Origin: an uncultured Legionella sp.
Lineage (GTDB): Bacteria > Pseudomonadota > Gammaproteobacteria > Legionellales > Legionellaceae
Assembly (NCBI GenBank): GCA_964618245.1
Contig: CAZTYT010000001.1
Coordinates: 1 to 43,046 of the forward strand
Length of the DNA stretch: 43,046 nt
Direction of reading: 5' to 3'
Both the position numbers and the translations under genes were made by a program. Below the pieces are notes generated by a model. The model was not told where the DNA came from. It searched no databases and was given only the letters and a program-made list of their open reading frames with translations. Shown here piece after piece: positions 31,329-40,915 of the stretch; positions within the stretch are counted from its first letter, which is position 1, and each line of letters opens with the position of its first letter.

Positions 31329-32285
31329 ATGAATAATGTTTCTTCCTCTCATCCTAATCAAGATTCGCAGGCTTTACTCAATCAGGTAATCATAGATTAT
31401 ATCAAGGAACAAAAAAGGAAACGACGATGGCGTTTGATTATGCGAGCTATTTCTTTATTAATTATTGGATTTATTTTTTATCAGGTTTATGCACCAAGTA
31501 GCGACGAATCTGGTTCTAACACTAAACCACATGTCGGCTTAATTGATCTTAATGGTGAAATTTTTGATGCTAAACCTGCCAATGCAGATGACTTCGCGAA
31601 AGGATTGGATTCTGCCTATAAAAACTCAGGATTAAAAGCTTTGGTAGTACGTATTAATAGTCCAGGAGGAAGTCCAGTTCAAGCCGAGTATATGTACAAT
31701 ACAATAAAATATTATCATCAAAAATATCCCGATATAAAAGTTTACGCGGTTTGCGTTGATTTATGTGCATCAGCAGCTTATTACGTTGCAGCAGCAGCAG
31801 ATGAAATTTACGCAAGCCCTGCAAGCATGGTTGGATCTATTGGTGTGATATATAGTGGTTTTGGTTTCGTAGATACAATGAATAAATTAGGTGTAACTCG
31901 ACGATTACAAACAGCAGGAGCAAACAAAGGGTTTTTAGATCCTTTTTCTCCTGATACTGCCTTTCAGAAGCAAAAATTGCAGGCTATGTTGGATATAGTC
32001 CATGAACAGTTTATTAAACGAGTGAAAGAAGGGCGGGGTGATCGATTACATATTGATAATGAAACCTTCTCAGGATTAATGTGGACCGGAGAACAAGCAC
32101 TCCCCATGGGACTGATTGATGGTCTTGCCAGTAGTGGTCAGTTGGCGCGAGAGATGATAAAAATTGAATCAATGATTGATTATACTCATAAACAAAATCT
32201 TTTTGATCGCGTTACAAAAAATTTAGGCACAGCGTTAGCTGATGAACTGCCTTTAAGTTTGGGCATTAAACCGGGCTTAAAATAG
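31329..32285 (+). CDS. sppA: S49 family signal peptide peptidase SppA (short form)
   Basis: Transmembrane anchor, RINSPGGSP, CASAAYY, VGSIGV, FSGLMWTGEQA...GLIDG. Start is ATG 31329 or GTG 31320. Confidence 0.93.
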   Translation: MNNVSSSHPNQDSQALLNQVIIDYIKEQKRKRRWRLIMRAISLLIIGFIFYQVYAPSSDESGSNTKPHVGLIDLNGEIFDAKPANADDFAKGLDSAYKNSGLKALVVRINSPGGSPVQAEYMYNTIKYYHQKYPDIKVYAVCVDLCASAAYYVAAAADEIYASPASMVGSIGVIYSGFGFVDTMNKLGVTRRLQTAGANKGFLDPFSPDTAFQKQKLQAMLDIVHEQFIKRVKEGRGDRLHIDNETFSGLMWTGEQALPMGLIDGLASSGQLAREMIKIESMIDYTHKQNLFDRVTKNLGTALADELPLSLGIKPGLK

Positions 32286-32512
32286 GCAAAGGTTTATCTT
32301 TTGGGCGCAAGGATCTAAGAGGGCAAGCCACTGCTTGTAGTAGCGAACAAAGCGGGGTAGTCTAGAACAGAAACAGAGCTATGGCGATGTATCTGAACTG
32401 ATCCCCGCTTTTTGTTTTTAATGACAGTATTCATAGTTATTATACTAAAAAACACATTGGTAAGTTCTAAAACACGCCCACCTTGGCTTGAATACATGCG
32501 CTCATTGACAAG

Positions 32513-32656
32513 GTATACACAAGTTTATCCACAGATTCTGTGGATAAACAATTTTTTAATAAAACTACTTTAAGTGCATGTAAAATAAGGGTTTTTATTG
32601 TATTAAAGAGAAAAGTGCACTTTGATTATTCAAACAGAGTATAAAAGATATCCACA
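32513..32656. promoter_or_regulatory. DnaA-box cluster (DARS-like)
   Basis: GTATACACA (32513-21), N3, TTATCCACA (32525-33), N5, TGTGGATAA (32539-47). Additional near-consensus boxes TTATTCAAA (32626-34) and ATATCCACA (32648-56). Confidence 0.8.
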
Positions 32657-32835
32657 AGATGCCAAGAAGGGAGGAAAGAAATAGGCTCGCTTATTTTAAT
32701 AAAAGAAAAAGATAAAAAACAGTCTTGACTTAAAAAAATATTCTTAATTACCAAGGTGCATTGTAGGGATCTTCTTTAAAAAACGTCGTTGCCTCACTCC
32801 GTTCGCAATAATAGTGAATAATTAACAATATGCGT

Positions 32836-32850
32836 GGGGTCATTGACCCC
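32836..32850. terminator. Short GC-rich hairpin just downstream of suhB
   Basis: GGGGTC-ATT-GACCCC; only a weak U tail. Confidence 0.4.
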
Positions 32851-32859
32851 GATTAACAC

Positions 32860-33645
32860 TTATTTTAAAGCAGGGGAGATTGTTTGGAGTAGCGACTTAA
32901 ATACTTTAGGTGTACCAGCAACAACATCGCCTGTTCTTAAGAAATCTTCTCCACCTTGAAAATCACTTATCAAGCCGCCTGCTTCTCTTATTAAGAGGGC
33001 TCCTGCAGCCACATCCCAGGGACGCAAGCCAATTTCCCAAAAGCCATCAAGACGACCACTGGCAACATAAGCTAAATCAAGTGCAGCTGAACCTGTTCTT
33101 CTTACGCCGGCACATTTGCCAAACAAGGCTTCAAATGTAGGTAAATATCTTTGGCCAATAGTTGCATCTCGAGAAGGAAAACCTGTTCCTAAAAGTGAAG
33201 CACTGAGCTGGGTTTGCTTGGAAACACGGAGTCTTCGATCATTTAAACGCGCGCCTCGACCTCTACTGGCCGCAAAACATTCATGTCTTAATGGATCGTA
33301 AATCACTCCGTGCTCAATACGTCCCTTTATCTGTAGGGCAATAGATACAGAGAAAAAAGGGAAATTATGAAGATAATTAGAAGTTCCATCTAACGGATCA
33401 ATAATCCAGGTTGCTTCCCCATTGCCTTCTTGAAAACCACTTTCTTCCGCAAGGATCCCATGTTCGGGGTAGGCTTTTCGAATTGTATGGATAATGGCTT
33501 GCTCGGCTTTAACGTCCACTTCACTAAAGTATTCTGTACTACTTTTTGCTGTTACTTTGAGACGATCCACTTGCTCCATGTGGCGAATGATAATTTCTCC
33601 TGCTTGACGCGCTGCATTCACTGCGATATTTAAAAGTGGTTCCAT
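32860..33645 (-). CDS. suhB: Inositol monophosphatase / Nus factor SuhB
   Basis: AEESG, WIIDPLDGTSNY, RRTGSAALDL, PWDVAAG; divergent from trmJ as in enterobacteria. Confidence 0.96.
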   Translation of the reverse strand: MEPLLNIAVNAARQAGEIIIRHMEQVDRLKVTAKSSTEYFSEVDVKAEQAIIHTIRKAYPEHGILAEESGFQEGNGEATWIIDPLDGTSNYLHNFPFFSVSIALQIKGRIEHGVIYDPLRHECFAASRGRGARLNDRRLRVSKQTQLSASLLGTGFPSRDATIGQRYLPTFEALFGKCAGVRRTGSAALDLAYVASGRLDGFWEIGLRPWDVAAGALLIREAGGLISDFQGGEDFLRTGDVVAGTPKVFKSLLQTISPALK

Positions 33646-33783
33646 GGATTTCTCGTTGAATTTACAAAACCGGTGATTCTAACACATTTTTTTTCCACAA
33701 GGATATCATTTTCATTCATAATTGGTGCAAAGCGACTTAAATGCTATCATTGGCCATTCTGTTGCAATAATTTAAGTCTTTTT

Positions 33784-34542
33784 ATGAATCTTACGTCAAT
33801 TCGTGTTATTTTGGTTGCTACCTCCCATCCCGGAAACATAGGCTCCACCGCCAGAGCTTTAAAAACAATGGGGCTTGGTTCCCTCTATCTCGTAACGCCC
33901 AAATCTTTCCCTGACTCCAGAGCGATAGAAATGGCAGCAGGGGCAGATGATCTTTTAGAACAGGCTATAATTACAGAAACACTTGATGATGCGTTAAAAG
34001 GATGCCAGTTGATTTTAGGGACCAGCGCCAGACCACGAGGAATTTCTTTGCCTGGATTAACCCCTGCGGCGTGTGCAGAATTAATTAGCAACCAAGAGGA
34101 TAACACTCAGGTGGCTATTGTTTTTGGTCGGGAACATGCCGGTTTGACTAATGAAGAATTGTTAAAATGTCATTACCATATTCATATTCCTAGCAATCCT
34201 GAGTATAGCTCTTTAAATTTATCTCAAGCAGTACAGATTGTTGCGTATGAATTGCGCATGAAGTTATTAACTCCACAGGCAAAGGTCGCTTTGCGACGTG
34301 CGGATGAATATGCTACCGCGGAAGAAATCGAACAGTTTTATGAGCATTTACGAGAAGTGTTTGTTGAAATTAAATTTTTAAAAGAGGCAAACCCAAGACG
34401 CTTAATGCAACGAGTAAGGCGATTATTTAATCGCATCAATTTGGAAAAGATGGAGGTTAATCTTTTAAGAGGCATGTTAAGTCAAGTGCAAAAGTCATTG
34501 GAATGGGCTAGCAAAAGAGGCAGGCGTGAATACGATAACTAA
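33784..34542 (+). CDS. trmJ: tRNA (cytidine/uridine-2'-O)-methyltransferase TrmJ
   Basis: [57 protein letters not shown] 33784 chosen over the upstream GTG. Confidence 0.93.
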   Translation: MNLTSIRVILVATSHPGNIGSTARALKTMGLGSLYLVTPKSFPDSRAIEMAAGADDLLEQAIITETLDDALKGCQLILGTSARPRGISLPGLTPAACAELISNQEDNTQVAIVFGREHAGLTNEELLKCHYHIHIPSNPEYSSLNLSQAVQIVAYELRMKLLTPQAKVALRRADEYATAEEIEQFYEHLREVFVEIKFLKEANPRRLMQRVRRLFNRINLEKMEVNLLRGMLSQVQKSLEWASKRGRREYDN

Positions 34543-35698
34543 ACGTCCTATTTATTTTGATTACATGGCAACTACACCTGTAGACCCTCATGTTGTGGAG
34601 TGCATGCTGCATTATTTGGGACCTGAAGGTGATTTTGGAAATCCGGCCTCCATTACTCATGAATATGGCAAGACGGCCGCTTTGGCGGTAGAAAATGCAC
34701 GCATGCAGATTGCTGAAACAGTGAATGCTTCACCACAAGAGCTTATTTTTACTTCGGGGGCTACAGAGGCTGATAATTTAGCTATTATTGGTGCTGCCCA
34801 TTTTTATCAAAGCAAAGGAAAGCATCTTATTACCATGAGTACAGAGCATAAAGCGGTACTCGATAGCTTTCATCATTTAGAAAAAGAAGGTTTTGAAGTA
34901 ACTTACCTTGCTCCCCAACCGGATGGATTATTGGATTTAAATCAATTAGAGCAAGCCTTACGAAAAGACACTATTTTAGTTTCTATTATGCATGTTAATA
35001 ACGAAATTGGTGTGATCCAGGATATTGCTGCGGTTGGAGAGTTACTTCGTAATAAGGGTATCGTTTTTCATGTAGATGCTGCTCAGAGTATAGGTAGGTT
35101 ATCAGTTGATTTAAGCCAGCTTGCAGTTGATTTAATGTCATTTTCTGCTCATAAAAACTATGGACCTAAAGGCATAGGGGCATTGTATGTGCGACGTAAG
35201 CCAAGAATTCGTTTACAACCTCAAACTTTTGGTGGTGGGCATGAGCATGGCTTGCGCTCCGGAACTCTGGCTCCTCATCAAATTGTGGGAATGGGGGAAG
35301 CTTTTGCACTAACTAATAAGCTTCGTGTCGAAGAACAAGAACGTCTTTTAAATTATCGTCAACGTTTATGGTATGGGATTAAGCATTTACCTGGAATTCA
35401 GTTAAATGGCCATGAAAATCAGCGTATTGCTGGTAATTTGAATATAAGTTTTAAGGGGTTGGATGGCGATTCTTTATTGCTAGCACTAAGCGATTTGGCT
35501 GTTTCAACAACCTCTGCATGTAGTTCCGCCAGTATTCAACCTTCTTATGTATTAAGAGCAATAGGTTTATCTGAAGAGTTGGCACAAAGTTCCATTCGAT
35601 TGTCTGTTGGTCGTTTTACTAAAGAAGAAGACATTGAGCAGGCAATTAGGATAATCTGTTCCCAAGTAATACGTTTGCACGAAATGTCACCATCATGA
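34526..35698 (+). CDS. iscS: Cysteine desulfurase IscS
   Basis: [27 protein letters not shown] (PLP lysine), RSGT, SACSS (catalytic Cys), [11 protein letters not shown]. Confidence 0.95.
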   Translation: MNTITKRPIYFDYMATTPVDPHVVECMLHYLGPEGDFGNPASITHEYGKTAALAVENARMQIAETVNASPQELIFTSGATEADNLAIIGAAHFYQSKGKHLITMSTEHKAVLDSFHHLEKEGFEVTYLAPQPDGLLDLNQLEQALRKDTILVSIMHVNNEIGVIQDIAAVGELLRNKGIVFHVDAAQSIGRLSVDLSQLAVDLMSFSAHKNYGPKGIGALYVRRKPRIRLQPQTFGGGHEHGLRSGTLAPHQIVGMGEAFALTNKLRVEEQERLLNYRQRLWYGIKHLPGIQLNGHENQRIAGNLNISFKGLDGDSLLLALSDLAVSTTSACSSASIQPSYVLRAIGLSEELAQSSIRLSVGRFTKEEDIEQAIRIICSQVIRLHEMSPS

Positions 35699-36072
35699 TG
35701 TATAATAAAATAGTATGTGATTGCTTTTTTATGCCCAGACATGTAGGGTTTATTGATTCAACTCAAGAAAGAGTGGTTGTTCTTAAAAACACTCAAAAAG
35801 GACAAGGAATCATTGAATTATCCATGCAATGTGGGCAAGATCGGAGAATCCAAAAAGTCCGTTTTAAAACCAATGGTAATCCTTATCTTATCGCAGGTTT
35901 GGAGTGGTTGAGTCGGCAGCTGGAAGGCTGCGTTCTGGATGCTGTGCCATCAATTGACTACCAATTGATAGTGGAAACACTAGAAATACCAACCACCCAA
36001 TATCCTCTGGCGTTAAGGATGGTGGCTATTTATAAAGAGATTTTAGTTTTAATGCAGAAAAATTTTGCCTAG
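35695..36072 (+). CDS. IscU/NifU N-terminal-like protein lacking the canonical Cys ligands
   Basis: [15 protein letters not shown] and [17 protein letters not shown] align to IscU YSEKV..HYENPRNVG and IEDARFKTYGCGSAIAS; lies between iscS and iscA. Confidence 0.75.
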   Translation: MMYNKIVCDCFFMPRHVGFIDSTQERVVVLKNTQKGQGIIELSMQCGQDRRIQKVRFKTNGNPYLIAGLEWLSRQLEGCVLDAVPSIDYQLIVETLEIPTTQYPLALRMVAIYKEILVLMQKNFA

Positions 36073-36084
36073 GGGTTTAAAAAT

Positions 36085-36450
36085 ATGAGTGTAGTACAAC
36101 ATACAGTAAATGAAGTCATACCAGAAATTCATTTAAGTGATGCAGCAAAAAATCATTTAATTTCCTATTTGCAAAAAAATACTGAATACACTGGTGTTCG
36201 CCTTTCGGTAAAGAAAACAGGATGCTCTGGTTTATCTTATGTAGTCGATTATGTTTTGGCTCCAGCAGCAAGTGATTTAACTCTGTCTTTAAATGAGCAG
36301 TATTTGGTTTGTATTGATAAAGCGAGCTATCCTTTTCTGAAAAACATGAGTGTTGATTACATCAAACAAGGATTAAACTATAAGTTTGTGTTTAATAATC
36401 CGAACCAAACAGGCCAGTGTGGTTGTGGAGAAAGTTTTACAGTAAATTGA
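36085..36450 (+). CDS. iscA: A-type Fe-S carrier (IscA/HesB family)
   Basis: VKKTGCSGLSY and NPNQTGQCGCGESF motifs. Confidence 0.92.
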   Translation: MSVVQHTVNEVIPEIHLSDAAKNHLISYLQKNTEYTGVRLSVKKTGCSGLSYVVDYVLAPAASDLTLSLNEQYLVCIDKASYPFLKNMSVDYIKQGLNYKFVFNNPNQTGQCGCGESFTVN

Positions 36451-36458
36451 TAGAGTTG

Positions 36459-36488
36459 TAGCCTTGATTACCTGCTTCATCAAGGCTA
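36459..36488. terminator. Hairpin between convergent iscA and the large ORF
   Basis: TAGCCTTGAT-N10-ATCAAGGCTA, a perfect 10-bp stem whose left arm begins within GTAG (REP-like). Confidence 0.6.
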
Positions 36489-36497
36489 ATCCCCATA

Positions 36498-39400
36498 TTA
36501 AGAACCAGCTATAGGCCGTTTAAGTTCATCTATTACCACTTCTTCGATCGCAGAAATTTTTTGCTGTCTTTTAGTTTTATCAAAAAACAGTGTGAATCGC
36601 CCCTCACTGTGTTTGGAGATGGCAAGTTTAATACCCAAAGCGATTCCTAGTGTAACTACGCCAATGGCAAAGTTGGCTAGGTTTGCTTTCCATGCGGCGC
36701 GATGCTTGCACATGAGGTCATCTTCACTATGAAGTCTTGCTATAAAATGTTCTTTAAATTGTTCGTAATTGTCTGGTGATGGCTCCGGAAATTGAGTAAC
36801 AAAGGTATCCAGGTTCGCACGTAATTTTTTTGCAAGACTTTCTGTTTGAGGCCAGCCTGTTTCCATTGTATCAATTAATCCTTGTAAGTGATTAATAGCG
36901 TTAACATATTGTTTGTTTGTTTTTTTCTCCAGGATGTCTTTTGCTTGTTTATGTAACTCTGTGGCACTATGCTTAGGCAATTCCAAATTATAATTAGCTG
37001 GAATCTGCTGATCCAAATCTTTAACTTCAGCAATAATTTTACATAAAAGCGCTTGAGAGTTTATGTCGGGAAATTTTCTTTTATTTTGCTTAATGTAAGA
37101 GAGCAGCTCTTCACTGTTTCCTGATTTCATATAACTCTTCAACATGGCATCTATGTTCTCATAGAGTGTGTGTTTATTTTTTTGAAGGCTTATCTTATGG
37201 ATGCCTGAAGAAAGTTTAGCGTTATATTGTGTTAATTGAGGTAAAAGCAAGTCTTCGACTACTGTTTGTCTTGCATTAATTCGTTCTTGTAATTGTTGAT
37301 TTGCAGCCTGTGATTGTTGTAATTGTTGCAAAGCAGTTGCTTTTATCTGTTTCAGATTACCTATTTTTTCTTTAAGCGAGTCGGTCAATTGAGCTTTAAT
37401 CAATTCTTCATCACTCGGAAGTTTTTCTAAGGTTTGATGGATAACCTGTATTTTTTGTGCATTCTGATCATGAGACTCTTGGCTTTCTTGTTTTTTATTA
37501 TCAGCAAAAACTTTTGGATTATTATGTTCAATAATTGCTGTTATTTGGTCTAGTAAATTAGTTCCTATTGTTTCTGCTTTAGCTTGTATTTTAGCGAAAT
37601 CATCTGTAATTTTCTGAATGCCGTCATTGAGGGAGTTTACACCTATTTCATGCAAAGAGTTTTGGATTTGTGAAATACCTTTCTGATGTTTAATCATCAT
37701 GTCAGCATATTCGTTATATTGAGTTAGCCATTCTGTTAATCGTTTGGGATCGGTGGTATTTGACGCAGTCTTGACTTCTATTGTTTCTAGTCCGGCAGAA
37801 AAATCAGCGTGTTTATCTTGCAACGTATTCAGATTAATTTTTAAACCGATATTTTTTTGCAGGTGATCGTATGTACCTTTAATTAACTGGTCTACAATAA
37901 TTGCATTATTCTGATGAGCATCAGTCCCTATATTAAATAGCTTATCTTTTTCAATAAGCAGATTTTTATATTGCTGATTTAGGCTGGCGATGGTTTGATA
38001 CAGTTTTTCATCAGTCAGAGAAGTATTATCATCTGCAGCAAAAGCATCCTCAATTTTTTGTTGATGTGCTTTGATATTATTAATAATATTTATAAGCCCA
38101 CCAAAAAACTGTTGATTAGTTCTAAGACTTTCTTCTTCCTTAAGAAGAGCTTCTAATTCTGTCTTATCCTTTTGTTGCTCTTGCTTAAGTTTATCCAAAG
38201 TTTCTTTATTTTGAGCATGCTGAGATTCAATTGACTCAAAATTTGCTTGGACTTGCTCATAAGTTTGCAATGTGGAATCGATATCATTTTCGCCAGGTAA
38301 AGCAGCAATTAATGCTTTTAATTGCTCAAGTTTTATGCTGATTTGTTTTTCTAACAATTCGTGTTTTTCTTTATAGCTGCTTGCTGGAGCTCTGCGCTGT
38401 AATTTGCTTTTTTGGCGAGCACGTAACTCGTTCCATTCTTGTTTAGCCTCTTCTAGCCCTATAAATGCTAGGAAAAACTCAAAACCTTGATGGTTAATCC
38501 CCATTTTTTGCAAGATGGCCAATTTTTCAATTTCTTCAAAAGGAATTTTGCTTTTATCTTTTAATGGACTAAGTAATTTTTGTACCTCCTCCAATAAGGA
38601 AATACCATCTGTATATTCTTTGCGTTTTTGCGCTATCACCGGTTGAGTTTGTCGCAAAAATTTTTGCACTTTCCCTTTTTCAGCGAATAGGGTATCAAGC
38701 TCTTCAATGGCAGGAAAAAGTGTGTGATTTATTTTTGCAAATTGCCACAATGGCTCAAGTAACTTTTTACTTTCGCTCAGCGCTGATTGCATAACAAATT
38801 GCTGCTGTTTTAAAGTCGAACTTTGTGTTTTTAACTTTTCTTCTTGAGTGGTAATTGTAGCAGAATCACTTTGATGTTTATGTTGTAAGGCATCTTGCTT
38901 GTCTTTGACTTGTTGTAATTGGGTTGTTTGGGTTAAAAGAAGTTTTTCTATTTCTGCCGTATTAGCTGCCTTCATTTGCTTTTCAAACTCAGCAGCATCT
39001 TTTGCTTTTTCCAATTTGGCTTCAAGCTCGCGTGTGCCCTTATTTTGTTCTGCTTGCGTTGATTGAATTGATTTTAAAAATGCTTGATATTGCTCTATAA
39101 CAACTAAGCTTTGTGCTGTTTGTGTTTCTTGAACGCAATTGGAGTCATCCCAGGAACTATATTGAGGAGCAAGTTTTGCAGCCGCACTAATGGCCACGAT
39201 TTTAGTATTTACTTTATCGTGCAATTGTTGCAGATTTATATTAATTTGTTTTTTCGCCTCTATCGCAAGGGCTAACTCCTCCGTGGTATTTGTCGGGAGG
39301 TTTTGAGTAGCCTGGGTTTGAATAAGAACAAGTTCTTTTTGAAGAGTAGTGAGAGATGTCACCTCCTCTTCCATTTGCTTTGCAAACATTTGAATGGTTT

Positions 39401-40589
39401 GTTGTTGCCATCCCGCAATTTTGCATTGCTTTAAGGTGCTTAGCTCCGTTATATTTTTTGTTAAACTATTTTTCATTGTTTTTAAAGATTCTAAATGGCG
39501 CTCCACTGTTTCTTGAAGCTTAGCTTCGATCGCAAATTTTTCTACTTGGGGAGGCACATTAAGCCTCTCTATAGTACCAAATGCATACTTAGGTAGTTTG
39601 TCATTACAAAAAGCCATATCAAGACCATTTTCTTGATAATTTTTTTGTTGATTTACAAGTGTAGCATTTGTATTGATTAATTGATTAATAGTCTGTGTTG
39701 AATAAGCGAGTGCTTTATTTTTTAATGTAGCCGTTACTTCATCAATTTGTGTAATGCAATGATTAGATTTTATTATTTGCTCATCGATTCCATTTATATC
39801 TAATGAATTCAAATGGATTTCTATTTGTTCAATTAGGGAAAAAACTGGATGAACAAGTGATCTTATAGCGTCTATTTCTGTATTAACAGCCGCTTTTAGG
39901 AGCTTGGCTTTAGCAACTTGATTCTTAACACAGGGCTCATCGGCATGAGCTGACATATAATTTTGAATATCATTGGCAAGGCGAGTTTCTATCCCATTTA
40001 ACTCATCCTGATATAGAGAATTGCCATTGTTTGTTGTTTCATAGGTTTCGCCCTGAATATACTTAGTCAACTTGTAATTAAAAGTTGGCTCATTGGTTTC
40101 GTCATTTGGAATACTTTTTAGGACTAGAGTACATTTAAAAGCTGCTGTTACTACTTCCTTAGATAGAGGATTTATATTGTGCAAGTCTTTATTTAAAGAT
40201 TCTGGATTGAAAAAAGGCATAAGCTCTTCAAGAGAAGATGGCATCTCCGTTACCATTTGGTGGAGTGATAATGCCAGCTCTAAAAGCATGGGGTGGTCGA
40301 TGGAAAATGCCTGAATTAGCGGCAACTCTTTATTTTTTAATGCTAGAAACAGACTAATAATAGGAATAATTTTCATTAATCCTGGTTTTTTACGTTCATC
40401 AAAGGCTTTAATTACCTTGTTTTCCAGTCCATTTATGACGTTGGTTATTGCTGTCATGACGTTTAAGTCTGATCCTTGCCCCAAATCCTCCGGATATTTT
40501 GCTTTAATACGCTCAATTTCAATAAGGATTTTTTTTAAGATTTGTTTTAACTGACTGGAAGCATAAGTAGGAGCAACTTGATTTGTCAT
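36498..40589 (-). CDS. 1363-aa coiled-coil protein with a C-terminal hydrophobic segment, probable Dot/Icm effector
   Basis: Q/K/E-rich heptad regions. C-terminus reads KHRAAWKANLANFAIGVVTLGIALGIKL...LFFDKT...IEEVVIDE. PmrA-type promoter upstream. Confidence 0.8.
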   Translation of the reverse strand: MTNQVAPTYASSQLKQILKKILIEIERIKAKYPEDLGQGSDLNVMTAITNVINGLENKVIKAFDERKKPGLMKIIPIISLFLALKNKELPLIQAFSIDHPMLLELALSLHQMVTEMPSSLEELMPFFNPESLNKDLHNINPLSKEVVTAAFKCTLVLKSIPNDETNEPTFNYKLTKYIQGETYETTNNGNSLYQDELNGIETRLANDIQNYMSAHADEPCVKNQVAKAKLLKAAVNTEIDAIRSLVHPVFSLIEQIEIHLNSLDINGIDEQIIKSNHCITQIDEVTATLKNKALAYSTQTINQLINTNATLVNQQKNYQENGLDMAFCNDKLPKYAFGTIERLNVPPQVEKFAIEAKLQETVERHLESLKTMKNSLTKNITELSTLKQCKIAGWQQQTIQMFAKQMEEEVTSLTTLQKELVLIQTQATQNLPTNTTEELALAIEAKKQININLQQLHDKVNTKIVAISAAAKLAPQYSSWDDSNCVQETQTAQSLVVIEQYQAFLKSIQSTQAEQNKGTRELEAKLEKAKDAAEFEKQMKAANTAEIEKLLLTQTTQLQQVKDKQDALQHKHQSDSATITTQEEKLKTQSSTLKQQQFVMQSALSESKKLLEPLWQFAKINHTLFPAIEELDTLFAEKGKVQKFLRQTQPVIAQKRKEYTDGISLLEEVQKLLSPLKDKSKIPFEEIEKLAILQKMGINHQGFEFFLAFIGLEEAKQEWNELRARQKSKLQRRAPASSYKEKHELLEKQISIKLEQLKALIAALPGENDIDSTLQTYEQVQANFESIESQHAQNKETLDKLKQEQQKDKTELEALLKEEESLRTNQQFFGGLINIINNIKAHQQKIEDAFAADDNTSLTDEKLYQTIASLNQQYKNLLIEKDKLFNIGTDAHQNNAIIVDQLIKGTYDHLQKNIGLKINLNTLQDKHADFSAGLETIEVKTASNTTDPKRLTEWLTQYNEYADMMIKHQKGISQIQNSLHEIGVNSLNDGIQKITDDFAKIQAKAETIGTNLLDQITAIIEHNNPKVFADNKKQESQESHDQNAQKIQVIHQTLEKLPSDEELIKAQLTDSLKEKIGNLKQIKATALQQLQQSQAANQQLQERINARQTVVEDLLLPQLTQYNAKLSSGIHKISLQKNKHTLYENIDAMLKSYMKSGNSEELLSYIKQNKRKFPDINSQALLCKIIAEVKDLDQQIPANYNLELPKHSATELHKQAKDILEKKTNKQYVNAINHLQGLIDTMETGWPQTESLAKKLRANLDTFVTQFPEPSPDNYEQFKEHFIARLHSEDDLMCKHRAAWKANLANFAIGVVTLGIALGIKLAISKHSEGRFTLFFDKTKRQQKISAIEEVVIDELKRPIAGS

Positions 40590-40628
40590 AATTAATCTTC
40601 ACTTTATAATAAAAACTTAGTGATTAAA

Positions 40629-40662
40629 ATTATAACACATCAATTGTTAAGCAAACATTAAT
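40629..40662 (-). promoter_or_regulatory. PmrA-type box plus -10 element for the 1363-aa gene
   Basis: Minus strand ATTAATGTT-tg-CTTAACAAT-N8-TATAAT, versus Legionella PmrA consensus cTTAATatT-N2-cTTAATatT followed by a -10. Confidence 0.75.
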
Positions 40663-40766
40663 TAAGTGGCTAATTTAGTACAAGAAAATGCCTTAATGAG
40701 CGAAAAAAATAAAAAAAATACGAAAACGCCTTGGGATTTAAGCGCTTCAATGATAAAATTTTTTTA

Positions 40767-40786
40767 CTTAATATTCCCTTAATAAA
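40767..40786 (+). promoter_or_regulatory. PmrA-type direct repeat upstream of fis
   Basis: CTTAATATT-cc-CTTAATAAA. Confidence 0.6.
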
Positions 40787-40806
40787 TGAATATCATTAAA
40801 ACAATG

Positions 40807-40835
40807 TTTACATACTTTGAGATGTTTGGTACTAT
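40807..40835 (+). promoter_or_regulatory. Sigma70 promoter of fis
   Basis: TTTACA-N17-TACTAT with extended TG. Confidence 0.65.
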
Positions 40836-40915
40836 ATAGACCACGGTGTTCGGTTTGTATGTTTACTGAGCATAATTTTATTTGTAATTTTATTAAATTG
40901 TACTAGGAGACTTAA

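Noticed and set aside
32315-32497. 60-aa minus-strand ORF in the sppA-suhB gap
   Set aside because: No RBS or family signal; it overlaps a hairpin better explained as RNA structure. Cannot be fully excluded.
32513-32656. DnaA boxes as oriC
   Set aside because: No dnaA, dnaN, gidA or parAB neighbours in the window, and no GATC-rich or 13-mer unwinding repeats seen. The geometry fits DARS better.
33673-33783. 37-aa N-terminal extension of TrmJ in the ORF track
   Set aside because: TrmJ homology begins at [11 protein letters not shown], and the extension covers the divergent promoter region.
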